A stretch of DNA of 64,000 nucleotides from Octopus vulgaris (taxonomy: Eukaryota): positions 21,700,001 to 21,764,000 of the forward strand of contig OX597816.1 of the NCBI GenBank assembly GCA_951406725.2. The letters are read 5' to 3'. Positions 50,451-64,000 of the stretch are shown here, piece by piece (position 1 is the stretch's first letter; each line of letters starts with the position of its first letter). The position numbers and the translations under genes were made by a program. The notes under the pieces are model-generated. The model was not told the origin of the DNA. It saw only the letters and a program-made list of their open reading frames with translations, and did not search any database.

Positions 50451-50669
50451 AGGCGGCGAGTAGGATGAATCGGTAGCACGCCGGAAAAAATTACTTAGCG
50501 GTATTTCATCCGTCTTTACGTTCTGGTTGCAAAGTGCACCGAGGTCGACTTTGCCGTTTATAGTTTCGGGATCGATAAATAAGTATTAGTTAATCACTGT
50601 GGTCGTTCTAATCGATTTAGCCTCTCTCCAGAAATTACTGGCTTTGTGCCAAATTTTGAAATCATTATT
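50451..50669 (+). mobile_element. SINE family B, diverged
   Basis: AGGCGGCGAG...GAGGTCGACTTTGCC...GGCTTTGTGCCAAATTTTGAAATCATTAT. Confidence 0.8.
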
Positions 50670-51477
50670 TATAGAATCTGTTTATTTTATTGATAGAAAT
50701 TGGGTTTAAGATTAATCCACCTATTGCTTTGATATTTGATTCACTGCAGATAAATAAACAGTAAAGATACTTCAAAACATGTTCTTGCGTACAATCTAGA
50801 CATGTGAATGTACATTTTAATGAAGTTCTCAATTCACAAACAGAAATTTCTTTCTTCGTGTTTTTTTCCCCTTTTGGCCGATCCTCAACAAGAAGATGCA
50901 CCTGTGTCGTTCGCAGATTCTCCTAGATCCAAGACTAACATGGTGTTAAAATGTTTGCAGGAGAAACATGTTCAAAAGAAGTCATTGTAGTTTGTGTGAG
51001 GTCTGAAAGAAGCACTTAATGTGAGGCCTATCATACAATAGGGCTGGTAGTTGGAGAAAGGTTTATGGGTCAGGAGTGCCTGAATGGTGATGACAGGAAG
51101 CTATTCAGATCCAAGAAGCAGAAACCTCCTACGTGGTACTGGAAAATACAGAGAGCAAGAGAAAGGCGGCAGGGCACCGACGTGCTACCGAATGAATTAA
51201 TATCTATTTCTCTGCATTCTATTGTGTGAGTGTTTCTCCAGAAATTCCAGTAAAAAAATAAGAAAATACAAATTCCATGTTACGTGTCTATTTTCAGTTA
51301 CAAGCGAGGGTATGAATGTGTAGCGATGAGCGTTTCACGCAAGAATACGTCTTTGTATGTATGTGAACTCGTATATGATTTCATGTAAATATTACAGAAA
51401 TGCACACGCTAACCTTCTATGTTTGTAATTAGCATATACGTTCGAAGCATTATATATGATATTTCTTATATGCATGT

Positions 51478-53600
51478 TCTAATCAATAAGTATCTTACTG
51501 GTGCTATAAAAACAAAACAACAACACGTACCAATTTGGCATTTAATCTCCTTCAAAGTAGTTTGGCAATTTTTCTGATAACTTAATTGAAATTGCTAATG
51601 ATGCTAACCTCACAGGTTCAATTGGTACTTCACATTGTAGATGTTCAAGCTCTTGCCAATGAAATTTCCAAGTTCAGTTTTGTAACTTCATTAATTCTTT
51701 GGTATAAAATTCTTTTTGAAATTAACATTGCTAGCCAAAAATTGTAGTCAAACGATTTAACCATAGACTCTGCACTAAAAGAACTTGAACAAGCTAAAAA
51801 GTATCTTATTGATTGCAGGAGCGATGATGGATTTCAAGAAGTACTTGTTGATGCTCGTGAGGTAGCTGATGAATTTGGTTTATAGGCAGAATTTGAATTA
51901 AAGCCAGTATACATTAGAATAAAGAAACAACAATTCTCATATGAAAGAAAAAAATGAGACTATCCAGGATAGCAAACAAAGCTACTAAATATTTTTTCTT
52001 TATTTTGCAATACTGGATACCTCAATGAACTCGGTTTCAGAATGCTCTGAGCATCTTAGACATGTAAATTCCATCTTCGGCTTTCTATATGATATAAAAT
52101 CATTACAATATAAACTTCTCATCAAGTAATGGAATTTTGTATAAAACCTGAGTCTGCCCTGCTGGTTGGAGAGTCAAAGGATATTGATGCGAAAGATTTG
52201 TCTGATGAAATGAATGTCATATCATGAAGCCTTGAAATGTCCTATGGTCTCCTGAAAGTACCTAGAGGTACATTGCGAGCAGCAACAAAGAGAAAGCTTT
52301 CAAGATTTGTCCATCACTCTCATAATCCTTTTAAACTTACTAGTAAGTCTCGCAAGCGGAGAGCGTAGCTTTTCAAAACTTAAATTAATAAAGACATTTC
52401 TAAGAAATTCAATGACCCAAGGGAGGCTCACCGAAATAGCTACGATTTCCATAGAACATGAAATTTGCAGGAAGCTTCCACTCCAAAAGCTTGTAAAAGA
52501 TTTTGCAAGACAAAAACGTCGCAAAATTAGCTTCTTAGTACCAAGTGAAAAAACAACAATATTTAAATATTTCAACAACCAATAATAGAAAAACAACACC
52601 TTTGACTCAAATCAAATCAAAGAAGTAGAATGCAAACAATGGCTTTGTGAACTACTGTTTGTTTACCATATTTGCTCAGATCCAATTAGTAAAATACTAA
52701 ATTTTCAATACATCATTTTTATTAGTTATTTATATATTCTTCATTAATTTTTAAGAAATAAATTAAAAAAATTCTCTTTGCGAGCGACAACAAATTGCTC
52801 TTATATTTATTCATATTTCTAAAAACTTTCTTGGAGAAATCCTCAGCTTATTGGGCTCGCTTTGCTTGCCATCTCCCCACCCTGTGAAGGGGGATGGCAT
52901 TTAAAATTTGATTCATATAGAGTGTCGGTTACTCTAGGGATGATCATTCTTGTCGCATTCACTTTGATTTCCTCGACGACCTCAAATCTTCTTTCTTTCA
53001 AGCGGGATTTGATATTTTCAAAGAGGAAAATGTCGCAAGGTAGCTAGAGCTCTGTGGAATACGATGGCTGCGGTGATATTTTGTGCCTAGCCAAAAACCG
53101 CTGCACAAGCTATGCTGAAGGAACAGGTGCGTTGTCATTTGAAAGCAGTTTTTGCACAAACTTGGCAGATACGTGTCTCGGACTGAAATGACCTAATCTG
53201 CATATCCTCTGATAACTCACAGATGGTGATTCAATGATTTTCCCCTCACAGTTGCGCACACATCTGTGATGTTTTTCTCAGTTCTGTTGGTTGCGGCTCT
53301 CCAAGAACGTTCGTGACTATCGACATTTTTTTTACTCATACACTCCTCTCCATACGCTTCCTATAAGATTACGTAGGCTTCTGGGTAGGTATCGCTAAGG
53401 TTTCGGCAAAATTTGATGTAGATTTCTAGTCAATGTGACGATCCTACTCCACAAACTTTCCTTCCATGCTCAGTTGCAAACGGCGGAACAGAGCTAGGAC
53501 ATTTTTAAATGATATATGTCACATATCTGTTACTCACCTAATTATTGCTGTATGTGACCAAAACCGTTCGCTAGTTCCTGTTAATATGATGAGCTCTCAA
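51478..53600 (-). mobile_element. decayed, internally deleted mariner element split by a hAT fragment
   Basis: Minus-strand motifs: EIYIKFCRNLSDTYPEAYVIL*EAYGEECMS (~53335-53428), RHVSAKFVQKLLS joined to NDNAP (~53125-53180), PQPSYSTEL..CDIFLFENIKSRLKERRFEVVEEIK (~52960-53075), and terminal NYFEGD* at 51542-51562 next to a TIR-like ATCAATAAGTATC. Confidence 0.75.
51563..52545 (+). pseudogene. hAT transposase relic (ZMYM1/Tip100-like), C-terminal half including the dimerisation domain
   Basis: With stops and frameshifts: ALANEISKFSFVTSLILWYKILFEINIASQKL*...FQEVLVDAREVADEF...SLASGERSFSKLKLIKTFLRNSMTQGRLTEIATISIEHE...VKDFARQKRRK. Confidence 0.88.
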
Positions 53601-54961
53601 ATGTTAAAAAAGGGCTTCAAGTATCACTACAAGTGGTTTACTCTGTTATATCAATCCCAGTTGTTATTTTATCTATCCTTAATACCAAAAGACTAATATA
53701 TTGTTTCCATTTACTTTTATTCTGACGAGTAAGGATACACCTATTTAATTAAAAAAGATTGAGGCATGCTTCAAAAGTCATATATTTATTGCAATATAAT
53801 TTCAGAACCTGCCAATGTATAGTTCGCAATGTGTATTTATTGTTACTTGAGTTTATTGTGTGAAGTATTTCAGTGTCTATGGATGCATAAACATGAACCG
53901 ATAAAATAGACGCTGTTAATGTTCAGAATCAAACCTGTAAGCAGAACATGAGCAAAGAAAAGATTTTATGTTTTCAGTTTGGGGAGGAGGAAGTTGAGAC
54001 TTTTAGGAGTAATCCACAGGAAATCGGGATACGTTGGTATTTTTTCTTGGTGTAGTTTCAGACCAGTTTTTACCAAGCTAGTATTACGATGTGGATATTG
54101 TCAACTGAGAAATGAATTGCACGAGAAAACTTCTACTTATATGTTGAACTAGCAATTATCAAAACAAATTATCCTAAAGTCTTTTAAAATGGCTAATTCT
54201 GAAGGTAATATTGGAAAAGAAGGAACGGTAGCCATGGCTGGAATGTTGGTCAAACGATGGATACTTGAAACCCGAATATGATTTCCGTCCGTATGCTTAG
54301 ATTAGGTGGTATAACATATTAAGTCAGAGATGTAGAGAAATCTTTCTATTTATTCATTTATTTGTATGGAATGGCTTTCACAGAAGAGCGAGGTCAGCAA
54401 CCGTAAACTTCGACAAGATCATGTTTCTATAAGGGAACAAGGGAGAAATTTATCTGCATATTTGAAATGCTACCCGAGTACGTTGAACTGCATTGATTCC
54501 ACTAAAGGCACCCAAGGAAAAAAAAATGTGATTTCAGACTGTGAAAAGATACAAAACATCAGCATTAATTACAAAAAAGCGCCAATAAGTGAATCTTGCC
54601 AAATAGCATGCTCGGTTTCAAACTAAAATCCTTAAATCCATTATAATATTTTTTTCACTTTTTTATTCAATAAAGTCCACCTACTCATTTCTGTAGCTAA
54701 TACCGTAGAATGCAATTCCTGAAATCCTCATAATGCAGCCGCTTTATTTAGAAAATACCTTTAAATGTGGCCTCCTGCTAATTTGCATACTTCTATCGAC
54801 GCCATGTTGATAGCAATCAGTAGATCTCTAGTTGATAATACCACTTAAAATATTCTGCACTCCATTTAGTATATTCTCACTAGGATTCCTGCATCATTAT
54901 AGATTAAGTTATACGTTCCTACGTGTATCCCTACATATATATATGTATGGATACACGTAGG

Positions 54962-54999
<38 letters not shown>

Positions 55000-55115
55000 C
55001 ACGTGTGTGTGTGGATATATGTATATATGTGTGTGCGTTTATATATAGATATGCATGTGTACATATGTGTGAGTATCTGTAAATATCTGTGCGTATATAT
55101 ATGTATATATATATT

Positions 55116-55177
<62 letters not shown>

Positions 55178-55919
55178 TGTGTACGTATATGTATATATCC
55201 GCCTATATATAAGTTTGTGCATGTGTGTGTCTATTTATAAACATATACGCACACACATATGAACAGCATGTGCATGTCCTATAATATCTGCTACATATAA
55301 TGGCTTATACATATATGCGTGCATGCTTGTATATGTGTACGATTGTGTGTGTGCGTGTGTGTGTTTGTGTGTGTTTCTGTGTGTGCGCAAGCTTGTATAT
55401 TTTAGAAAAACATACAGGAAGCTTTGTGGCTCAATTAACTTATCTAAGTGGGATATCTTTCCAATAAAAGTGCATAAAGACCCGACAGCTGTTTGTTACT
55501 ATAACTCAAAGAATGATCATTAAATACAACGCAGAAATAATTTATACATTTATACACAAGTTAACAAGCTCATAATATGCACGTGCGTGTACATTTTTGG
55601 CGCTATCCACTTCATCACCAACTGTTGAGCTAAAAAATTGTTGTACAGTGTGCGGCAGAAATTCCTCTCACGTTTGAAAGGTTGACAAAAGGAAAAAAAA
55701 AAACATTTATGAAAAATCAATTTTGTGTAGTTTAAATAAAGGGCTACAGTTTTTGTTCATTAGTTAAATGAAAGCATCATTGGCACTTGGATAAGTTCAT
55801 TAGCAACACGTAAGTGAAAGCTTAAAATGTGGGAGGTATTTCTGTCGCACCCTGTACATTTACCCACACACGTAGCATTCTTGACATCAAGGTTTTGTGG
55901 CACACAGACAGAGAGATCG

Positions 55920-55920
55920 G

Positions 55921-55985
<65 letters not shown>

Positions 55986-56182
55986 GGATGGATGGATGGA
56001 TGGATGGATAGTTAGATAGATACGTTTCTTTATTAGCGACACAGGGCTGAACACAGAGGGGACGAATTGCAAAGTAGAGCTTTTCTTTTTGGGGAGAAAA
56101 AAAGGTGGGTAGATTTTCGATCAAAAGCGATCGCAGAAAAAAACAACCATCAATAGGGATCGTGTATCCCAGAAATGCCATG

Positions 56183-56256
<74 letters not shown>

Positions 56257-56263
56257 ATAGATA
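55920..56263. repeat. (GATA)n/(GATG)n tract split by a 160-bp insert
   Basis: GATA repeats at 55921-56021 and 56183-56263. Confidence 0.92.
56023..56181 (-). mobile_element. probable LINE 3'UTR fragment sharing the SINE B tail
   Basis: The minus strand ends GTCCCCTCTGTGTTCAGCCCTGTGTCGCTAATAAAGAAA, versus SINE B GTCCCCTCTGTGTTTAGCCCCTTGTGGGTAGTAAAGAAA. The upstream sequence is unrelated to SINE B. Confidence 0.55.
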
Positions 56264-56274
56264 GAGTATACATA

Positions 56275-56450
56275 TTCCTTTTACGATCAGCACAAGACCT
56301 GGAATTATGGGAGAAAGTATCTAGTCTACTATAGCTCAGTAGTCTACTGGTGCTTATTGACATTGTGTTCCGGCCCCAAAAGGCTGAAAGGTCATGTCAA
56401 CCGTGGCGGAATTTGAATTCAGAGGGTAAAAAGTGACAAAATGCCGGTAG
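56275..56450 (-). mobile_element. diverged SINE B
   Basis: GCACAAGACCTGGAATT...GAAAGGTCATGTCAACCGTGGCGGAATTTGAATTCAGA. Confidence 0.7.
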
Positions 56451-56458
56451 TCAATTAC

Positions 56459-56528
<70 letters not shown>

Positions 56529-56716
56529 GTTTCAGTATATATATACAATTGTGCCGCAAAGATTTGATTTTTCATAACCTTGAGAGAATTAAATATTACT
56601 TATCTACAAATATGCTTCAGGTCATGAAGATTCTGATTAAATTGGAATTCATTGTGAAAAACGTTTTACTCTAAAGGAGTTTTAGGGAGAATTCCCACCA
56701 TTGGGCTTTGTTATGC

Positions 56717-56792
<76 letters not shown>

Positions 56793-56826
56793 CAACTATA
56801 TGTATCAACTCGTGTGTTCCTTTTCA

Positions 56827-56874
<48 letters not shown>

Positions 56875-57431
56875 TGTATGTATGTATATACGTGGGTGTA
56901 TACGTGTTGTTTTAATAATATTTTTATACACGAACATATACACATAACAAAAACTTGTACACCGTCGGTTACGACAATCACAAGTATCCAAAACAATTTC
57001 ACCACCCTTTCAACTTCATTTTTCCTCTTAAAAAAAGACTTTCATTTACTTGAACTATACGTCGTACCACTGCACGGCTGTCTGTCTGCTAATATTGCTC
57101 ATGGATATGCAGCATGTCACTGGCATTTCACATATAAAGTCCAAGATTATGTGTAAAAGTGTGAAGACCGTCAATTGACTTTCTTCCGTAAAAGTATTAA
57201 AAAGAATATTTGAAAACTATAAAGAGAAACGAATGGTAGAATCGGACTGTCGGTATTTTAAAACCACGAATTAACAAAAATAAAAAAGAACAGGGGGAGA
57301 TTTTTCTATTTTTGCATAATCATATCAATTTTATTATGCAGAAGACAGAATCGAAAAAAATTTGTCAAATTCGTAAAAATACAAATGGTTATGAGGGGTT
57401 TTAGTACGAGCATGCATCATAATTCCGAACG

Positions 57432-57598
57432 ATGGCCAGATAACTGAAGAGATGGTGGATTGGATTTCCACTTCAGCATCCGAAACTCGCAGTTTTATCT
57501 TGGCTACCGAATAATTGTCACATATTACATTTACAGATAAATTCCTCTATTTACGTAATATCGAGGTCTCTTTCTTTCTTTTCTTATCTTACCGTTTA
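57432..57598 (+). mobile_element. family P2 single copy with hammerhead motif at 57438-57500
   Basis: AGATAA-CTGAAGA-GATG...CATC-C-GAAA-CTCGCAG-TT-TTATCT. Helix I is 6 bp and extendable, the core boxes are intact, and the element ends in (TA)n. Confidence 0.75.
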
Positions 57599-58977
57599 TA
57601 TATATATATATATATTAATAAAAGGAATTCCAACCTTGTCTGATTTTCACGTTTTATTTACAATCTTATAATGATATAATATAATATAATATAATATAAT
57701 ATAATAAAATAAAATAAAATAGTAGAATGTTAAATGTTCATTCTGATTGAACTAGTACTTTGATGCATTAAATTATCCAATCTTCAGGTTCATGTAATAG
57801 TGGTGACAGTCATGCTTCACAATTTTTGTCTGTAGCGAGATGGTTAAATATGTGCCTTAAATACACCTGTGTGGGCTCCAGATTGCTAGGTTTTGCAAAC
57901 TGTATTGTGACCAATCAGTGTGTAACATCACTCAATTACTTGAGCTGATTGGTTGGTTTAGGCGTCACGGTTTGTTGAACATGTCAAGAGTCCTGTATCT
58001 TAACCCTGGCCGAGGCAGCAATTGTTGTTTTTCTTTTAGTTTTTGATTACTCTTCTCCATCATTACGATCAAAATTCATAACGAACTCGGAGGGTTGGGT
58101 CTCCAACAAGGCATTTCGCGGTTCTCCTAGAGGATCTTTTCAGCTCACTCTCGTATATATATATATATATATGTGTGTGTGAGTGTGTGTGTGTGTGTAT
58201 GTGTATTTGTGTGTGTGTGTGAATGTGTGTGTTCGTGTGTGTAAGTGGGTTGGGGGTACATGGAGATGTAAACAATCATCGAAACGTTACACATTAAAAC
58301 AGCGACCTTGTTCACAATTCACCTTTATTTATTATGTTGATCGTATGTTGAATGCTCAACTCTGCTCAACTCCGTTGATAATGTTTCCACGAAGACTCCA
58401 GTCTGATGTTTATATAGACCTTGGAAGACAAAATTCTAAATGACTGTGTATGTGATTTGACTTTTTTTCATAGCTTGAAACTAAACCTTTCTGAATCTAA
58501 AATTTATCATTCCAATGACATTTAAAGAATTCTCAGCCTTATCATCAGATCGAAATGCTGGTGTTAAAGACATGCTGATAGCGTACTTTGTTATATGTAA
58601 ATCGTAAACGTTCTCAAGAAGATATTTCCAACAGCTAAAAGAACGATATGGAGGGCGCATTTAAAAAATCATAAGACTATCAATCTCTGCTGCAGTTCAT
58701 GTCTTGACTTACGTATGATGTATCACTTTCTTGACGTACAAGCATTTGGATTTTTTCTAATTCTGCAGAAATTTTCAGGGCATTCTATTTGTTTTCAATC
58801 TAATCTTATTTCGGTTAAAAAATTTTAATAACAAGCGATGTCTTCCTGCTTTAAATGCACTCTCAAACGACGACAAAGTAATATATTTATGTGTTCGGTG
58901 TACTGTATGAACTTACTGACTCTCATACCTTCGGGGTCTGTAAAATGCGTACTAGTTGAACACTGGGGTCGATATAT

Positions 58978-59207
58978 ATTTCTTTACTACTCACAAGGAG
59001 CTAAACACAGAGGGGACAGACAAGGACAGACAAACGGATTAAGTCGATTACATCGACCCCAGTGCGTAACTGGTACTTAATTTATCGATCCCGAAAGGAT
59101 GAAAGGCAAAGTCGACCCCGACGGAATTTGAACTCAGAACGTAACAGCAGACAAAATACGGCTACGCATTTCGCTCGGCGTGCTAACCTTTCTGCCAGCT
59201 CGCCGCC
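58978..59207 (-). mobile_element. SINE B nested antisense in an older SINE B (58905-59280, +) with 14-bp TSD
   Basis: TSD TGGGGTCGATATAT (58964-58977) / TGGGGTCAATATAT (59208-59221). Confidence 0.85.
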
Positions 59208-59995
59208 TGGGGTCAATATATTAGTCTTACCCCTTCCCCGAAATCCGTGGACCTTTTATCAAGATTTGAAGGCAATATTGCCGACTACACTCCTTGCACA
59301 GATTTCAGGTCCTGCTCCTCAGTTAAAATCCAGTGCTACCAATATAGAAAAGGGCGCCTGAATAAATTGCAATACAGCCCTGCAGGATTCGAAGTGTAAG
59401 TATTCCAACTTGGCTAAAAAACGTTGACGATTTCGAATCCATACACAGTCATTTAGCATTTTGTCTTCCAAGGTCAATATAAACATCTGATTGGAGCCTA
59501 CGCACGAACACTATCAACAGAGTTGCGCATTCGACATGCAATCAATATACTCTTGGTGATTTTCATCCCAAGAAAAACCTGCCCCTTTTTAAAACAAAAC
59601 TAACATGCCGCTGGGTGAAACCTAGCCAATTAGCTGCATGTTCACAAACGAAAATCTTTAGATCCATTATTGCTCTTGCATGATAACCATTTTTTTTCTT
59701 CTTTCACTTACAGCTCGATGCCATAAATACCGCCCACTGATTTCAATAGGCTAATGACCTAGGATGCAATTGCCGAAATCCCTATTATCAAGACACATAA
59801 TTAATTTTGAACATAAATTTCAATTGGAACTCCTGTTAATTTATATGTGTTTATTGGCATTTTTTTTTTATTGCAACATCGAATCTGCAGTCATTTATCA
59901 TTCCTGCCATTATCACTACGAAATTTGCGTCATTAAAGTTTTGTCTATTTTGTAGTCTATCAGTAAATATATAGTTAAATAAAAACCACATATGA

Positions 59996-60057
<62 letters not shown>

Positions 60058-60237
60058 GTGTGTGTGTATGTGTGTAAACTTTGTTAATGATTGGTGGTGT
60101 ATAAATTAAACAGGAAGGTATAATGTTGCTACGTAATGAAAACATATATCACCTAGAATTCACAACAGTAGCCAAGCTGCATGCTGCATACCTTGTTTGG
60201 TCTGTATATATTGTGTTGGGACAATTAAACATGATAT

Positions 60238-60277
<40 letters not shown>

Positions 60278-60280
<3 letters not shown>

Positions 60281-60552
60281 ATAAAACGGTAAGATAACAA
60301 AAGAAAGAAAGAGACCTCAATATTATGTAAATAGAGGAAATTTATCTATACAATATGTTACATTACTCGGTAGTCAAGATAAAACTCTGAGTTTCAGATG
60401 CCGAAGTGGAAATCCACAACACCATCTCTTCGGTTATCTGGCTATTTGAAAACGTTTTCAAATAGCCAGATAACCGAAGAGATGGTGTTGTGGATTTCCA
60501 CTTCGGCATCTGAAACTCAGAGTTTTATCTTGACTACCGAGTAATGTAACAT

Positions 60553-60560
<8 letters not shown>
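60278..60560. mobile_element. family P2 element containing a perfect 214-bp palindrome (60347-60560) with mirror-image HHR motifs
   Basis: Arms of 107 bp with the centre at TTTGAAAAC|GTTTTCAAA (60453/60454) and no spacer. HHR at 60468-60530 (+) and 60377-60439 (-) with CCGAAGA core. Flanked by (TA)n. Confidence 0.85.
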
Positions 60561-61412
<852 letters not shown>

Positions 61413-61459
61413 GAATATATATATATACATACATATGTATATAAAGATGCATACATATG

Positions 61460-61558
<99 letters not shown>

Positions 61559-62345
61559 GTGTATGTGTGTGTGTGTGTATGTGTGTGTATGTGTGTGTGT
61601 GTGATCTAGGATCTCGGGTATCCTCCATCCGATTGCGCTCAAATTTGATATGTAGATACCGACGGCGTCAGGGCGTGTATAAGGCGAGAATGCGATAGAT
61701 AAAGCCGTTTTTGTCCTGTTTTTCTTCCGTCAACCTGTACATAACTGCACCTTCCATTTTTGTTTTTTTTTGTAATGCTTAAAGGCACGTTTCTTTCATG
61801 CCAAGCTTACTGTTTAAACCATGTTTATGTTCTCCCAGTCAACAGCCTTATCATTACTGGTACTTTAAACTCTTCGGTTGCATATTTGTGTGAATAAAAT
61901 TGTTTTTCTTTCGAACAGAAAAATTCTATCTTTATTTCTTCTTTTGATGGTTTCTCAAATTTAGGTTAAATCAGTGTTTCTCAAAGGGGAGGCCTATGAT
62001 ACAGTCGGACAAGTTGTTTTGTGAAAATTTGGTTTAAATGTTTGACAACTCAGCACCGTCCATTGGATGGGGGGTATTTTGCTCGTTTATATATAATTTA
62101 AATCCCTTCCTAAATCATCTTTGCCAAACATCTTAAATTTCTCATTAGTGATAAGCATTTATAGTACTATTTCATCCTATTTAGAAACCTTCACCTTGAT
62201 TTAAACTGTAATTTTGTTACTTAAATAAATTACAAATATAGACGTTACAGTAAAATTCAAAATGAAAGTAATGTTAGACTGGAGGAATATCATTCAATAT
62301 TTCCATTATCTTGATAGCACTTTGTAGGTTTAAGAAAAGCTACAA

Positions 62346-62766
62346 AGGCGTGGGTGTGTGGTAAGTAGCTTACTTATCAGCCCTATGGTCACGGTTTCAG
62401 TCCCACTCCGTGGTATCTTGGGCAGGTGTCTTCTACTATAGCCTCGGGCAAATTAAAATCTCGTGAGTGGATTTGGTAGACGGAAACAAAAAGAAGCCCG
62501 TCGTATATATATATATATATGTGTGGGGTTGTTTGTGTGACTGTGTTTGTCCCCTACCATTGCTCGACAACCGATGCTGATGTGTTTACGTCCGCGTAAC
62601 TTAGCTCTTTGGTAAAAGAGACCGACAGAATAAGTAGCCGGCTTACAAAGAATAAGTCCTGGGGTCGATTTGTTCGACTAAAGGCGGTGCTCGAGCATGG
62701 CCGCGATCAGCTGACTGAAACAAATAACAGGACAACAGAATAAAGGAATACAAGAATAAAAGAGTA
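62346..62766 (+). mobile_element. SINE family A
   Basis: Head-to-tail match. Confidence 0.88.
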
Positions 62767-63141
62767 GAAGACTAGCAATTGCGTAGAGAGAAATAAAATG
62801 TTTCAAGGACGTTTGTACTCGTGAAATCGTGGGGAGGGGCAGTGAAGAGTTACAAGAATAACTACAAACGGTAAGCATAAAATCTTAGCATAAAATATTT
62901 GTAACTGAGAAATGTCTCCTCTTATGTATCATTATGTCTATAATTCGTTAGCTCGTCGCACAAATTGCTATTTATGGCGCTATACTTTCTGAATTCATAT
63001 CGTTTTGTACTTTGATTTTCATCAACCGAGGGCCTATCAAATAAGTTACCAAATCATATTAGTCTTATATTATCGGCTGCTTACCTTAATCAAAATTGTA
63101 GCCATGTGACTATGTTAGAATTCAATATCATGTTATTTAAT

Positions 63142-63790
63142 GGCGGCGAGCTGGCAGAAACGTTAGCACACCGGGCGAAATGCGTATCGGTATTTCGTCT
63201 GCCGCTACGTTCTTATTTCAAATTCCGCTGAGGTCGAATTTGCATTTCATCCTTTTGGGTCGATAAATTAAGTGCCTGTTACGCACTGGGATCGATGTAA
63301 TCGACTTAATCCCTTTGCCTGTCCTTGTTAGTACCCTCTATGTTTAGCCACTAGTGGGAAAGAAAGAAATAAGAAACGTTATCACGCCGGGCGAAATGCT
63401 CGGCGGTATTTCGTTAGGCTTTACGTTCTGAGTTCAAATTCCGTCGAGGTCGACTTTACCATTCATCCTTTCGAGGTCGATAAATTAAATGCCTGTTACG
63501 CACTGGGGTCGATGTAATCAGCTTAATCCCCTTGTCTGCCCTTATTTGTCCCCTCTATGTTTAGTTTCTTGTGAGCAATAAAGAAATAAGAAACGTTATC
63601 ACGCCGGGCAAAATGCTTAGCGGGATTTCGTGTTACGCTCTGAGTTCAAATTCCGCCGACCTTTGACTTTGCCTTTCATCCTATCGTGGTCGATAAATAA
63701 ATACCAGTTACGTACTGGGGTCGATCTAATCCACTGGCCCTATTCCCCCAAAATTTCGGGCCTTCAGCCTAGAGCTGAAAAGGATATTAT
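63142..63790 (+). mobile_element. SINE family B head-to-tail trimer
   Basis: Three units with junctions AAAGAAATAAGAAACGTTATCACGCCGGGC. The last unit ends CCCCCAAAATTTCGGGCCTT...GAAAAGGATATT. Confidence 0.88.
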
Positions 63791-64000
63791 GTTATCTATT
63801 TATTACAGTATGTTATATCTGAAATTCGAGCAAATCCACCATCGCGCTTTATCCATCCCGATTGATGAAATGATTAATAGTTACGTGTTCGTCTTAGAAC
63901 CCAAATAGAATTAAGGTTAGTGTCCTGATCTGAATACTTGATACGTGAACTCACCTAATGGCTAGCAAGAGATACAAGCAGTGGATTGAAGTAGCGCAGT

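Noticed and set aside
53720-53750. CTGACGA hammerhead-like box (also CTGATGA near 36260 and 49133)
   Set aside because: No helix II plus GAAA downstream; such 7-mers are expected by chance.
61556-61700. possible Helitron/Helentron 5' part (microsatellite followed by CCGATTGCGCTCAAATTTG)
   Set aside because: No 3' hairpin or CTRR terminus could be located.

Overview
AT-rich, repeat-saturated eukaryotic DNA. The SINE families and (TA)n/(CA)n/(GATA)n tracts are typical of an octopus genome; this assignment comes from pattern recognition, not a database search. I could not support any intact protein-coding gene, and nearly all listed ORFs are translations of microsatellites or SINEs. The window holds about 40 copies or fragments of four tRNA-derived SINE families, Tc1/mariner, hAT and pogo-like MITEs and transposase relics, a non-autonomous Helitron, and 3' fragments of several LINEs. 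The main hidden layer is a set of small elements that sit in (TA)n tracts and carry minimal type I hammerhead ribozyme (HHR) motifs with palindromic helix III, as in Penelope pseudo-LTRs and retrozymes. The standout is a 4.5 kb array of about 8.3 near-identical 545-bp units (21425-25933) with one minus-strand HHR per unit, a candidate cephalopod non-LTR retrozyme; intact and G8A-mutant cores alternate in a 2+2 higher-order pattern. Also notable are a perfect 214-bp palindrome of two back-to-back HHRs (60347-60560), HHRs with a compensatory U3-A8 core, and LINE 3' ends matching the tails of the two main SINE families. All ribozyme calls were folded by eye and are untested.
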